Below are positions 1 to 11,157 of a stretch of 38,609 nucleotides of DNA, one piece after another. Position numbers and translations under genes: made by a program. The notes beneath the pieces are model-generated. The model saw nothing but the letters and a program-made list of their open reading frames with translations, was not told the DNA's origin and searched no databases. Numbering within the stretch: the stretch's first letter is position 1; every line of letters starts with the position of its first letter. The DNA is from Octopus bimaculoides (lineage: Eukaryota), in assembly GCF_001194135.2 (NCBI RefSeq), contig NC_068989.1:81350085-81388693 (forward strand). The letters run 5' to 3'.

Positions 1-35
<35 letters not shown>

Positions 36-56
36 TTGATAGATAGATAGATATGT
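1..56. repeat. (AT)n plus (GATA)n microsatellite
   Basis: Direct reading: AT dinucleotide run followed by gata units. Confidence 0.95.
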
Positions 57-339
57 GTGTGTATCTATATCTATGAATGTTTGTATGCCAAATATATATT
101 ATGTATATTAATATATGTTTACAAATATATCTTATTTACATACACACATGTATACATTATACATACATACATATATACATATAGAGCTTTAATATTTGTT
201 TAAAGATACATCTTGTGGGTGTTCTGGGAATTAATAAAATATTTTTATATACTGCATATATATATATATATATATGTGGATATATAAACTCATCTTATAT
301 TATTATATAATATATAAGGCAAATAGACATGTGGTGACA

Positions 340-890
340 AAGTGAATGTGGGTAGTAGTTGCAAGAGTGTATGAGGAGGGGGAGGGACTAAATATGATGA
401 GGAACAAGAGTTTAGGTGTGGTTGATGATAAATATATGGAGGGATGTGTAGGCGATGACTAGAGATTTTGTAGGATGCCAGGGAGGAAGTAGTGAATAGT
501 GGGCAAGTGTGTGGGGTGATTAATAATGAGTATGTTATGTGGGGAAATATACAGAGATGAGGTGATGATTGATGGTACAAAAGTAGGTGAAGAGTAGTAG
601 AATAGTAGTAATGATGTAATTGACAAAGGAAGGATGAAGGAGAGGGAGATGACTTGTGCTTGTGTAGGTTGCATGAGAGTTGGGGAGAGGCAGATGTGCA
701 TTGGCAGAGGGAAAACTATATGGTGGTTGAGAAGGAAAAGTGATTTGGTTGTACAGAAGTAAGATCAGTGTAAAATGTGAGTGGAGATGGATAATATTAA
801 GAATTATGAATGGATAGCATGCAATGTCGTTCCAGCAAGTGAGAAATGTAACTGACATCACAGAGGAGAAGGAGGGTGAATTTTCTCTCA
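340..890. repeat. G/A-rich cryptic low-complexity tract
   Basis: The plus strand is strongly purine/G-skewed (gagg, gatg, gtag motifs). It produces three overlapping H/P/S/T/L-rich minus-strand ORFs with no recognisable family. Confidence 0.6.
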
Positions 891-992
891 TTTAATTACA
901 GCAACATAAAACTTCAGTTATGAAGTTAATGGAGAGGTCAGAGATGATGGGTGGTGGAGAAGGCTTGAGGAAATTGGTCAAGGTACACAGTT

Positions 993-1100
<108 letters not shown>

Positions 1101-1102
1101 CA

Positions 1103-2588
1103 CAGGATGTCCCAAAAATGTATATACACATTGAATGATTAAAGTTAGCATTTGTTAAACTAAATTTCATTTTCAAAATTTGATAGAATCTACAATCTAC
1201 AGACAGAATTCAATCAATTTTTTTATGAACATCAATTTTAACCCTTTTGTGTTCGCATTATTCTACCAAAATTAATACTTTTTCATCCACATTGTTTTGA
1301 ACTAATCATGCATAATCTTGTAGCTATGAAATTTTGATGAGGTAGCTGTTAATTTTTAAAACGATATTGTAGGGTTGGTGTGAGAGACCAGATCTGACCA
1401 GTTTGAACATAAAACAGGCAGAATACTTTTGGCCGGATATGGCCGGTTTAAATGCTAAAGGGTTAAAACTGATGACTGCTGTTGTACTGGCACTACTGAT
1501 AAAGCAAAACAATGGAATTGCAAACATCAAGAAACATTGCATTCTGTGTTTGTGCACATTCCCATTCAGTAGCTAGCTTCAATTAGTCAAGTGTTTCTGA
1601 TTTTGTACTGTAATCTTTATCTTTTAAATATCTTCATAAAAAAAAAAAGGTACTGTAAACATGGACGGTATTCTACTGAACCTCATCATCCAGTCCACCT
1701 GTTTGGCAAAATCTCATCAAAGTAGACCTCTCATTACTATGGAGAAGCACCTAATATTCCTGGAAATAAAACTCCACATCTTCAAAGTCCTCTTAAATGC
1801 TTGGCGTGACAAATTGTCACAATCAGTTCAAATAAGTAGGATTAGTCATGGTACTTTAAGAAACAAAAAATGTTCAGTTGTCTTGATATGCTGCACCATA
1901 CTTTGACTTCTGGTAAATTAACATAGAGTTCCTCCGTAATATGCAGATTCTTATGTCCCTATTAGGTGCAGCTGAGGTGGTTAATTGAGCTGTTTAATTT
2001 GAATGTAGCCTCATCAGTCCAGACACACTTTCTTGGAAAGTGTGCATCTTCTATACATCCTGCCAAGTATTGCTTGCAAAATTCCATTTTATGGTCTAGA
2101 TCATCTTCATTGAGAGCATAGACTATTCTTAGAATGTAACTTTTCCAAAGACAGTGTTTCAAAATGTGATGGATACTTAATTTTGAAATTCCTGTCTCAC
2201 AACTCACAGGCTGTACAGATTTTCTTAAACGCTTGCAAAACTCTTGTAATACAATTCCAGTCTACTCTTTCTTGCTTTGTGAGGCTCATCGATGTCCAAA
2301 GTCTTCCAGAATATTTCTTGTGGACATTCTAAACAGTTCCATCTGCTTCAGATTTATTTCTAATTCAAGAGATGGTAAGTCACGTAAGTAGATGTGTTTG
2401 AAACTCTCTCCTAAACTGCCTTTGCACTTCAACTGTGTTTTCAAACTTCCGGTAGTTCTTCAGGAGAAATTTTCTTTGTTCAAAACTTAGTCTGGTTCTC
2501 TTCATTATTTATAATGGTTTGAATCTAAAAAGCAATAAAGACTGAGTTAACAGCTGTTAAAGCGTGTATACATTTTTGGAACACCCTG
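1103..2588 (-). mobile_element. Full-span decayed Tc1/mariner-superfamily transposon, DUF4817-type (maT/rosa-like)
   Basis: TIRs are CAGGATGTCCCAAAAATGTATA (1103-1124) and the reverse complement of 2567-2588 (CAGGGTGTTCCAAAAATGTATA), 2 mismatches in 22 bp, with TA at 2589-2590. The minus-strand pseudo-ORF from ATG 2505 reads MKRTRLSFEQRK..ENTVEVQRQFRREFQ, then WKSYILRIVYALNEDD..VWTDEATFKLN, then MFLDVCNSI..HQF, with many stops and frameshifts. Confidence 0.88.
1242..1462. mobile_element. piggyBac-type MITE nested in the 3' end of the DUF4817-type transposase
   Basis: TTAA at 1238-1241 and 1463-1466 flank CCCTTT...AAAGGG termini. The terminal 12-mers match 9/12 as inverted repeats. There is no coding capacity. 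Confidence 0.8.
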
Positions 2589-2605
2589 TATGTGTGAATA
2601 CATAC

Positions 2606-2645
<40 letters not shown>

Positions 2646-2716
2646 CAAATTAAACAATAGGGTAAAAAATTGGATATTAATATCAATTTAATACCGTTTT
2701 ACGTTTNNNNNNNNNN

Positions 2717-2755
<39 letters not shown>

Positions 2756-3051
2756 GGACTCTCCCATTGAAAATGACGTATGAACATTCAGCTTTTGCCA
2801 GACAACCTACACAAATGATTTGTTTTTATAGTGATCAGATGTTCATGCCACAATTAGCTCACTTTTTTCCATCAAATCGATGTTGTCTGAACAGGTGTAT
2901 GGTTTACTATACATCAGGTGTCGAAGTGATTGCAGAGCAACATGAGATGAAGTGTTTCGCTCAAGAACACAATGCACCACTCAGTCTGGGAATTGAAACC
3001 ACAATCACTAGATGGTAAGTGTAACACCTAACCACTCGTCCATGCGCCTTC
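2756..3051 (-). mobile_element. tRNA-derived SINE
   Basis: The reverse complement begins gaaggcgcatggacgagtggttagg (A-box-like) ... ggtttcaattccc (B-box-like) followed by a SINE body. Confidence 0.75.
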
Positions 3052-3064
3052 ATGTGTATATATA

Positions 3065-3082
3065 AGATCGGAAGAGCGTCGT
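3065..3082 (+). other. Illumina TruSeq adapter remnant (assembly contamination)
   Basis: AGATCGGAAGAGCGTCGT equals the first 18 nt of the TruSeq read-2 adapter and ends exactly at an N gap. Confidence 0.95.
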
Positions 3083-3092
3083 NNNNNNNNNN

Positions 3093-3123
<31 letters not shown>

Positions 3124-3164
3124 CACATATACACAATGTTTCCAGAATCTCAGTATTACCAAAA

Positions 3165-3650
3165 TGGGTGGGTCTTCTTAAGCTCTGCATATGTCCAGTC
3201 ATCTTGGGCTTTGTCATCTCCTCCATGAAGTTCAAAGTCATCAGATCAGCCTTCACTATTTCATCCAATGTCTTCCTGGTTCTCCCTTTTCTACAAGTTC
3301 CATTCCACCTTAAGTGATCATCACTTCTCTCTACATCTTTCTTCATTCATACTCATTACTTGTCCTTACCAATGGACACTATATCTGATTCCTCTTATCC
3401 CCCAATTTTTCTCTTAACACATTCATACTTTGTTGTTCATGCACACACACATGTCACATCCCATGGAGCATGCTATCTTTGTTTTCCCACAGCCTTTGCA
3501 ATTACTCTGTATTCATGGACCATGTTGCAATGCAGTTCACACGCAAGCATTGTACAATCTACCTTTCAGTCTGAGATAAAAACCTTACTCCAGCCGCCTT
3601 CTTATTCTAGCAGCTATATTTTCAGAACATCCTTCTCCACTGCTAATTAG
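3165..3650 (-). mobile_element. RTE-type LINE, decayed 3' portion of ORF2
   Basis: Minus-strand frames give LRLKGRLYNACV.., ..LREKLG.RGI.. and ..KGRTRKTLDEIVKADLMTLNF..EM, matching the RTE RT C-terminal motifs (GRPRKTW.E.V..DL). Confidence 0.75.
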
Positions 3651-3861
3651 ATCATTTACATAACCACACATAAACATATATATTGTTGATGTCGTAAGAC
3701 TTTATAAACTTTAAAAAATATGTGACATAATTTTTTGGGGAACCCAATATTCATATGCTGTTATTTATAGCTTTATGTGCTTCAAATTTCACTGTTCCAA
3801 ATAAAAATTTTATCTATCTATCTATCTATCTATCTATATACATATATATATATATATATAT

Positions 3862-4855
3862 NNNNNNNNNNNNNNNNNNNNNNNNNNNNNNNNNNNNNNN
3901 NNNNNNNNNNNNNNNNNNNNNNNNNNNNNNNNNNNNNNNNNNNNNNNNNNNNNNNNNNNNNNNNNNNNNNNNNNNNNNNNNNNNNNNNNNNNNNNNNNNN
4001 NNNNNNNNNNNNNNNNNNNNNNNNNNNNNNNNNNNNNNNNNNNNNNNNNNNNNNNNNNNNNNNNNNNNNNNNNNNNNNNNNNNNNNNNNNNNNNNNNNNN
4101 NNNNNNNNNNNNNNNNNNNNNNNNNNNNNNNNNNNNNNNNNNNNNNNNNNNNNNNNNNNNNNNNNNNNNNNNNNNNNNNNNNNNNNNNNNNNNNNNNNNN
4201 NNNNNNNNNNNNNNNNNNNNNNNNNNNNNNNNNNNNNNNNNNNNNNNNNNNNNNNNNNNNNNNNNNNNNNNNNNNNNNNNNNNNNNNNNNNNNNNNNNNN
4301 NNNNNNNNNNNNNNNNNNNNNNNNNNNNNNNNNNNNNNNNNNNNNNNNNNNNNNNNNNNNNNNNNNNNNNNNNNNNNNNNNNNNNNNNNNNNNNNNNNNN
4401 NNNNNNNNNNNNNNNNNNNNNNNNNNNNNNNNNNNNNNNNNNNNNNNNNNNNNNNNNNNNNNNNNNNNNNNNNNNNNNNNNNNNNNNNNNNNNNNNNNNN
4501 NNNNNNNNNNNNNNNNNNNNNNNNNNNNNNNNNNNNNNNNNNNNNNNNNNNNNNNNNNNNNNNNNNNNNNNNNNNNNNNNNNNNNNNNNNNNNNNNNNNN
4601 NNNNNNNNNNNNNNNNNNNNNNNNNNNNNNNNNNNNNNNNNNNNNNNNNNNNNNNNNNNNNNNNNNNNNNNNNNNNNNNNNNNNNNNNNNNNNNNNNNNN
4701 NNNNNNNNNNNNNNNNNNNNNNNNNNNNNNNNNNNNNNNNNNNNNNNNNNNNNNNNNNNNNNNNNNNNNNNNNNNNNNNNNNNNNNNNNNNNNNNNNNNN
4801 NNNNNNNNNNNNNNNNNNNNNNNNNNNNNNNNNNNNNNNNNNNNNNNNNNNNNNN
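3862..4855. other. Assembly gap (N run)
   Basis: Continuous N. Confidence 1.
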
Positions 4856-5379
4856 TCCTGTGAAATCCAGCTTTGTGCAGCTCTCGGTGAACAGTTTTTG
4901 TAGAAACTGGGGCCTTGCGGTAGTCATTAAGCTCTGCAGTAATTTTGGGAGCTGTACTTTTGTGATCCTTTCTAACAATTCACGTAAGAGTCCGGCGGTC
5001 CCTATCTGAAAGTTTTGGTTTTCTTTGGGAGTTTTGTTTTTTGACGAGGTGGTTTTTCCCTCCTTCTCAAAGGCTGTCATTACTTTCGAGACAGTACTTC
5101 TTGATACACCAAACATTTCGGCTGATTTCGTTACACTAGCACCTGCCATATGAACACCAACAATTTGACCTCTTTGAAAGTCTGATAGATCTGTCATTTT
5201 AATGAATTTCAATTACCTTTGTCTGATGATATCTGAGAAAATAAACAGCAATTTTAGCAAAACATATTAAGCAACACTAATAATAAATCAAAAACATAAA
5301 AGTAAACAAGTTTTTGATGGTTTTATAGATATTTCAAAATTATGATGCTATGTGTTTTCATTATTTTGTCTAACCCCTG
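4856..5379 (-). mobile_element. Tc1 transposon, 5' half (TIR plus transposase N-terminus), running into the gap
   Basis: The TIR reads CAGGGGTTAGACAAAATAATGAAAACAC on the minus strand, ending at 5379 with TA outside. The protein MTDLSDFQRGQIVGVHMAGASVTKSAEMFGVSRSTVSKV is followed after a frameshift by RKPKLSDRDRRTLT*IVRKDHKSTAPKITAELN..TVHRELHKAGFHR, the paired HTH of Tc1. Confidence 0.9.
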
Positions 5380-5639
5380 TATATATAATACACACATAAT
5401 ATACATATAAAACAATTATAAAATATCTATAGTATATCTGTCTCTGTCTATGTCATATCATCATCATAGTTAGATACTTTTGTATGGCTGGATGCTCTTT
5501 CTGACACCAACTGTCATTTGTTTCCAAGCAAGATGATATGATTTGAATATTGGAAATGAATGACAGTGACCCTCATTTACAACTATCACTCAAAAGCGTG
5601 TGCACACAAACACACTCACACACAGATATATGTATGTGT

Positions 5640-5795
5640 CATCACCATCATTTAATGTCTGTTGTCCATGCTGGCATGGGTTGGACGGTTTGATTAGGCT
5701 GGCACACTGGAGGGCTGCACCACACTCCCATCTGCTTGGCATGGTTTTCTACAGCTGGATGCCCTTCCTAACGCCAACCACTCTGAGAGTGTAAG
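5640..5795 (-). mobile_element. 3' tail of an RTE LINE or RTE-tailed SINE
   Basis: catcaccatcatttaatgtctgttgtccatgctggcatgggttggacgg...ggatgcccttcctaacgccaaccactctgagagtg. The same tail occurs at 25243-25480 (-), 11005-11157 (+) and 23120-23355 (+). Confidence 0.8.
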
Positions 5796-5827
5796 ATTTC
5801 TTCTGCTGTGTGCTCACCCCTTAGCTA

Positions 5828-6490
5828 TCAGGCCATCCCATAAGTTCTGTCTGATTTTACCTTTTATGAAATTGAATGAAATTTAATAATATTTTAGAAT
5901 GTCTAATGGAGTTAAAAATTATTTTTATACATTTGTGTACATTTAAACTAATTAAATATTATTTTACAGAATAATAGAATTAAAATTTCTTTGATTAAAA
6001 CCCTTTCTAACATGGAAGTATCCAAAGAGCATTTGAGGCACATAATGCTTTATGAGTACAAAAAAGGAAACTCTGCAGCCGAAGCGACTTAAAACATACA
6101 CTCAGTTTATGGGAAAGAATGCTTGAATGAAAGAACTTGCAGAAGATGGTTTGCAAAGTTCAGAAGTGGAGATTTCAGCCTTGAAGATGAAGATCGAACA
6201 GGACGTCTAGTTGAGTTTGATGATAAGCTCCTTGAGGCATTACTTGAAGAAAATCCTGCATTATCAGTTAAAGAATTGGCAACAAAGCTTAGTTCAAACC
6301 ATACAACTGTTCATCGTCATCTTCAACAACTTGGAAAATGGGTGCCTTATGAATTGTCCAAAAGCAACCGCAAATCCCAAGTTGACATCTGCTCTTCTCT
6401 CCATTCTCGTGAAATTATTTCATTCTTTTTAGATAGACTTGTGACTGGTGACGAAAAATGGATCTTCTATTGAAACGTTAAATGTAGTGT
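5828..6490 (+). mobile_element. mariner transposon, 5' half, pseudogenised
   Basis: TA at 5826-5827 then TIR-like TCAGGCCATCCCATAAGTTCTGTC. ATG 6012 gives MEVSKEHLRHIMLYEYKKGNSAAEAT*..RTCRRWFAKFRSGDFSLEDEDRTGR..WVPYEL..LVTGDEKWIFY*, with the mariner WVPHEL and TGDEKW motifs. No right TIR is seen. Confidence 0.9.
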
Positions 6491-6494
6491 AAGT

Positions 6495-6890
6495 GGTCTA
6501 CTTCACTTTTGTGCCCTTTCTACTAATTCTAAATAACATTAGCTGTATGAATTGGTGCATTATCATCCTGGAAGGGTGTACTATCATCAGGGACCTATGT
6601 TTTTACCATATGGGGGTCAAGACCGGACAAAATACTTAGCTAATCCCTGGCTTTTACTCTGCCATGTAAAACAACTAAAGTGCTGAGAGAATTCCAGGAT
6701 ATGGCTGACCAAATCATCACAGGACCATGCTTCATAGCAGGGGCCAAACAGTCAGAGCTGAAGGCTTCTTTCAGCTGCCTTTAGACATAAATTCAATCCA
6801 AAGTGAAAAAAAAGGGTGAATGACGATTCATTAGGGAAGGTGACATTATTCCACTAAGGTACTGACCGCTTCTGATAGTCCAGCCACCAT
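6495..6890 (-). mobile_element. Tc1 transposase catalytic-domain fragment
   Basis: The minus strand reads ..WNNVTFPNESSFTLFF..RQLKEAFSSDC..KHG..VMIWSAISW..PFQDDNAPIHTANV..EVDHL (DDE-domain motifs), with stops and frameshifts. Confidence 0.8.
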
Positions 6891-6933
6891 TTTTTTTTTT
6901 GCTTATAATTATTGTTTGTGTGTGTGTGTTAGT

Positions 6934-7514
6934 NNNNNNNNNNNNNNNNNNNNNNNNNNNNNNNNNNNNNNNNNNNNNNNNNNNNNNNNNNNNNNNNNNN
7001 NNNNNNNNNNNNNNNNNNNNNNNNNNNNNNNNNNNNNNNNNNNNNNNNNNNNNNNNNNNNNNNNNNNNNNNNNNNNNNNNNNNNNNNNNNNNNNNNNNNN
7101 NNNNNNNNNNNNNNNNNNNNNNNNNNNNNNNNNNNNNNNNNNNNNNNNNNNNNNNNNNNNNNNNNNNNNNNNNNNNNNNNNNNNNNNNNNNNNNNNNNNN
7201 NNNNNNNNNNNNNNNNNNNNNNNNNNNNNNNNNNNNNNNNNNNNNNNNNNNNNNNNNNNNNNNNNNNNNNNNNNNNNNNNNNNNNNNNNNNNNNNNNNNN
7301 NNNNNNNNNNNNNNNNNNNNNNNNNNNNNNNNNNNNNNNNNNNNNNNNNNNNNNNNNNNNNNNNNNNNNNNNNNNNNNNNNNNNNNNNNNNNNNNNNNNN
7401 NNNNNNNNNNNNNNNNNNNNNNNNNNNNNNNNNNNNNNNNNNNNNNNNNNNNNNNNNNNNNNNNNNNNNNNNNNNNNNNNNNNNNNNNNNNNNNNNNNNN
7501 NNNNNNNNNNNNNN
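6934..7514. other. Assembly gap (N run)
   Basis: Continuous N. Confidence 1.
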
Positions 7515-7546
<32 letters not shown>

Positions 7547-7595
7547 TGTACATTATATACACATACACAATATGTATATATATATATATATATAC

Positions 7596-7720
7596 GACGA
7601 AGAGCTCCGCTCGAAACGTCATACTCTCTCTCTTTCCTTTCCCGAGCGTCTAGTAACACTATCTGTATCACGTCCTCACGTTGTTGTTTTTTGTTATTGC
7701 TTTTTGTCTTTTTCCTTTTT
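7596..7720 (+). mobile_element. Penelope-like terminal fragment with a truncated hammerhead-like motif
   Basis: GACGA-A-GAGC-TCC-GCTC-GAAA-CGTC (hairpin, then GAAAC and an ACGT palindrome) is followed by a T-rich tail. The CU of the CUGANGA box is missing at the (TA)n junction. Confidence 0.5.
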
Positions 7721-8459
7721 TTGAACTATATATATATATATAAACATTATAAATGATTTTAAAAAATTTATTTGGGTAAATTTATTGATATCATTGCACA
7801 TGACATACATATTTATTTAATTATATGAAAATGAAGTAACTTTATAAAAATACTAAATTTATTTATTTTTTCAAAAGAATAAATTAAGAAGCCTTATTGT
7901 TCTTTTTCTTGCCTTTATTTCCCCTTGATTTTCAAAGCAAAACATATCTGAATATGTCTAATTTTATTCTCAGTATTACAATTTCTATCATTTTGTTGTA
8001 GCATTTTTTACAAGAATTTGTTCATCTCCCTTTTATGCATTGAAACAAAAATGAAATAAAGTTTTGTGTACAACATTGTTATTGTTTCTCTGAAATTATT
8101 TATAAAGCATAATTGAGATTCTTTAGTTGACAAAATACTTTTGTGTTTATGCAATGTATATTTTTTTTTTAAATGTTACGAATTCTCTTGTATACATTGC
8201 AATAATATGGTTTGCAAAAATAAAAAAAATAGAAATGAATATATTTTTGTATTTCTCTTACTATTGTGTGTGGATAAATAACATTATGATGAATATTACG
8301 TTTATGTAATTGTTTTGCAAGATTCCTGAAGTGAAACTGTTTGTTGAAGCAGATATTTTTATCTTTCAGGGTGGTCATGTTTTTCTTCCATTCTTTCTTT
8401 TTTTTGTTTTGGCAAAAAAAGACCATCCCAAAATCTAACAATATTAATATGAATAATCA

Positions 8460-8850
8460 AAACTTATTGCTTCAATTGCATACATACATTGAAGCTCCGA
8501 CGCCTGGCAACTGACTTGGTAAACACCTACAAAATCATTAACCATCGTGCCAACAACCACCTCAAGCACTTTTTTGAGCTCTGTGTGTCTAACACATGTG
8601 GGCATGCCTACAAAGTCAGAAAACAGCACAGCTCCCATGACTTTAGGAAACATTTTTTCACACTCCAAGTTGCTGAAGCATGGAACAAGCTACCTGTATC
8701 AGTTGTTAGTTGCTGAGACATTGCATCCTTTAAAACCTCCATGCTTCCTGAAATTCGCCAACACCACACATGATATCCCCACCTCCATACACATGCACAT
8801 ATGTATATCATGACTCATTCACTGTTCACTTCCCTAACTTTTGTACATAA
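8460..8850 (+). mobile_element. CR1-type LINE 3' end
   Basis: LRRLATDLVNTYKII..TCGHAYKVRKQH..RKHFFTLQVAEAWNKLPVSVV matches the CR1 ORF2 C-terminus (RRLRGDLI..YKI..TRGH..K..FFS.RV...WN.LP). A second copy lies at 13320-13940. Confidence 0.85.
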
Positions 8851-9149
8851 TTCTATGTACTGTACATGCACCCTTGATGATTTATAATGCCCCTGAGTAT
8901 TTCAGTCAGACTCTTTTCATTATTATCATCATCATCATTGCTTCTTTTTGATGAACCAGTGCATGTTTATTACCGGCATAATGCCTCTCCCAAGGTTTAA
9001 TTGTATTTCTTTCAACACACATATCCACATCAAGAATCTTGCACACGAAATACACATACGAAAAATCAGTAATGTTAATCAGTTCTAGGAGTTGTTAATG
9101 TTTGCACGAGGGTAACATATATTAAACAGTCATATCCTATGATCAAAGT

Positions 9150-9300
9150 CATTCCAGATGTGACTATCCTGTCAGTTTGTACATCTAAAACTACATTGTT
9201 CAACTAATGTTTCCTTCAATTTATTAAAATGGTAGGATGTAAATTGAGGGAGATTTCACTGTTGTTTTTGTAGATCAAGAGACACTTACAGAGTTCCTAG
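9150..9300 (+). repeat. Dispersed non-coding repeat, family unassigned; related copies at 20620-20770 (+) and 36985-37140 (-)
   Basis: Shared motifs seen by eye: cctatgatcaaag or gcagacctaacatcaaag near one end, and gagatttcactgt(t/c)tatttt near the other. Confidence 0.5.
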
Positions 9301-9784
9301 AGCAAAGTGATATGAAACACATAGTTTAATAATAGTGAAAAAAAAAATCCAAAAAACTACTGTTACAAGAAAATCTAATTGCATAGTGAAGTTAAGGCTG
9401 TGAGTAGAAACAGGGAACAGCTTTTAGTGTCAGGGTCAAAGGGCATGTGCAGAAAATATGAATATTTAATTTTACGAAATTATGAAACTTGTATTAAATT
9501 ACCTAAAGCATTTATTTTTACCTTGCGACTTTTCGGAGACTTCTTTATGGGTTGCTTCAGGTTTGAATGCAAGGGTGGGGTTACTCAATAAATGTTTCTG
9601 ACGTCCTTTAGTAGTTTTAGAATCCAACAGTTGTTCATAATCAGAAACGATATAGACTTAGCTAAATGTGTATGTCGAAAGGATAATAGGATACGATATA
9701 CTGATACCGTGCCCTTCTACGTCCTCATATATAACTCGAGCTACGTTGTTCTGTTTTATATAGATAAGTTAATGTAGTCAGTTC

Positions 9785-10230
9785 GGTAATCTTCCAGTTT
9801 AGGGAGGTAAAACAGTAAATAAAGATACAAGGGAAATAACTTAACGTCTTACTAGTATTATCCGTACTCTCCCCACCCCACCCGTTTGCGAGCGCGCATT
9901 TTTTTCTTCATATTCGTTCACAGCAAGTTGTTTTACACCTATTACACTAATTTTTTTTTTTTTTTTTGAGCTCGGGTCAAACGCTTTAGTTTGACCGTTA
10001 TTTTCCTATACTGGAAGATTACCATAAGTTGTTGTGCAGCCGGTACTATGATATTCAATCACGTGTGTGATTTATATATAAACAGTTAACTTCAATCACG
10101 TGTGTGATTTATTTATAAACAGCTAAAAAAGAAAAAACATTTCATAGTGCAGATAATACTAGTAAGACGTTAAGTTATTTCCCTTGTATTTTTATTTACT
10201 TTTTTTACCTCCCTAAACTGGAAGATTACC
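9785..10230. mobile_element. Merlin-superfamily MITE
   Basis: About 78-bp near-perfect TIRs (9785-9862 and 10152-10230) begin GGTAATCTTCCAGTTTAGGGAGG. A perfect 8-bp TSD GTCAGTTC lies at 9777-9784 and 10231-10238. GGNRM termini with an 8-9 bp TSD are Merlin hallmarks. Confidence 0.85.
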
Positions 10231-11004
10231 GTCAGTTCTACATAGCCTGAAAAATGGGATTATGACGGTGAATGATTCTGTTCATCGTTCTACTTCAGAA
10301 TGGACTTACACCTGTTATTTTCACACATGTGTAATATACTAAGAAATAGTGAACGCTGGTTATTTGAAGTTGTCTCCCTTGTTAAGAGTAGCTTCCCTTG
10401 AACACAATTTAAAATCGATATTTTTTTTGGTTTATTTTAAAATTTATCCCTTGATTCTGAACTTTGAATCAACTGAAATTTTTTTTTAGGAGAAATGTTA
10501 ACAAATTTAGAAAAATTAAGTTAGAATTACTTTATAATAAAGATCTGACACAGAATAATGATGACCGTCTTGTCAGCTATTTAGGACTATATTTTTATAA
10601 GTCAGTAAGATTGCAATTTGAGGAAATTTGGCCGATATTTCTGGCATGTCAAGCAGATTGACTAACATAGCATGTAGTCCTTGTTTAACACTTGATCAAT
10701 CCTGATTAAGTAAACCTTTCTAGAAGACATTGCCAACATGAGCATCCTATTCTTTAAGTGGGTTGTGGGGAAGTATCTAGATGTCTCAGATGTCTTTCCC
10801 TTGCTTTGAAGGGAAAGTGGCAGTACACACCATGTTTAGAGAAGAAGTGGTTGTAGCAAGTAAGTTTCAAGTGAGAGCTGGAAAAAATAATCACAATTCT
10901 GCTGGTACCAATAACGAAGGTGCAGGCTTTATTTATAATAATTTGGTGAAAAAGGTTATGATTTATGAAAGTGCAGCCATGCTAGCGCCATATAGAAAAG
11001 CATC

Positions 11005-11157
11005 CATGCCAGTGCCATATAAACAGCACCAAATTCATTCTGTAAAGCAGTTGGCATTAGAAAGGGCATCCAACCATAGAAACCATGCTAAACAGAAAGT
11101 TAGAGCCTGGTACAGCTCTGGCTGGCTAGTTCCTGTCATACTATCCAACCCATGCAA
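11005..11157 (+). mobile_element. RTE-tail / SINE 3' fragment
   Basis: aaacagcaccaaattcattctgtaaagcagttggcattagaaagggcatccaaccatagaaaccatgc is the sense version of the tail at 5640-5795. Confidence 0.7.

Noticed and set aside
290-891. Three overlapping minus-strand ORFs
   Set aside because: They are by-products of a G/A-skewed low-complexity tract, with no splice context or family motif.
3755-5009. Very long ORFs (382-460 aa), and similar ones at 6793-7756 and 29112-29811
   Set aside because: They are open only because they cross N gaps and microsatellites.
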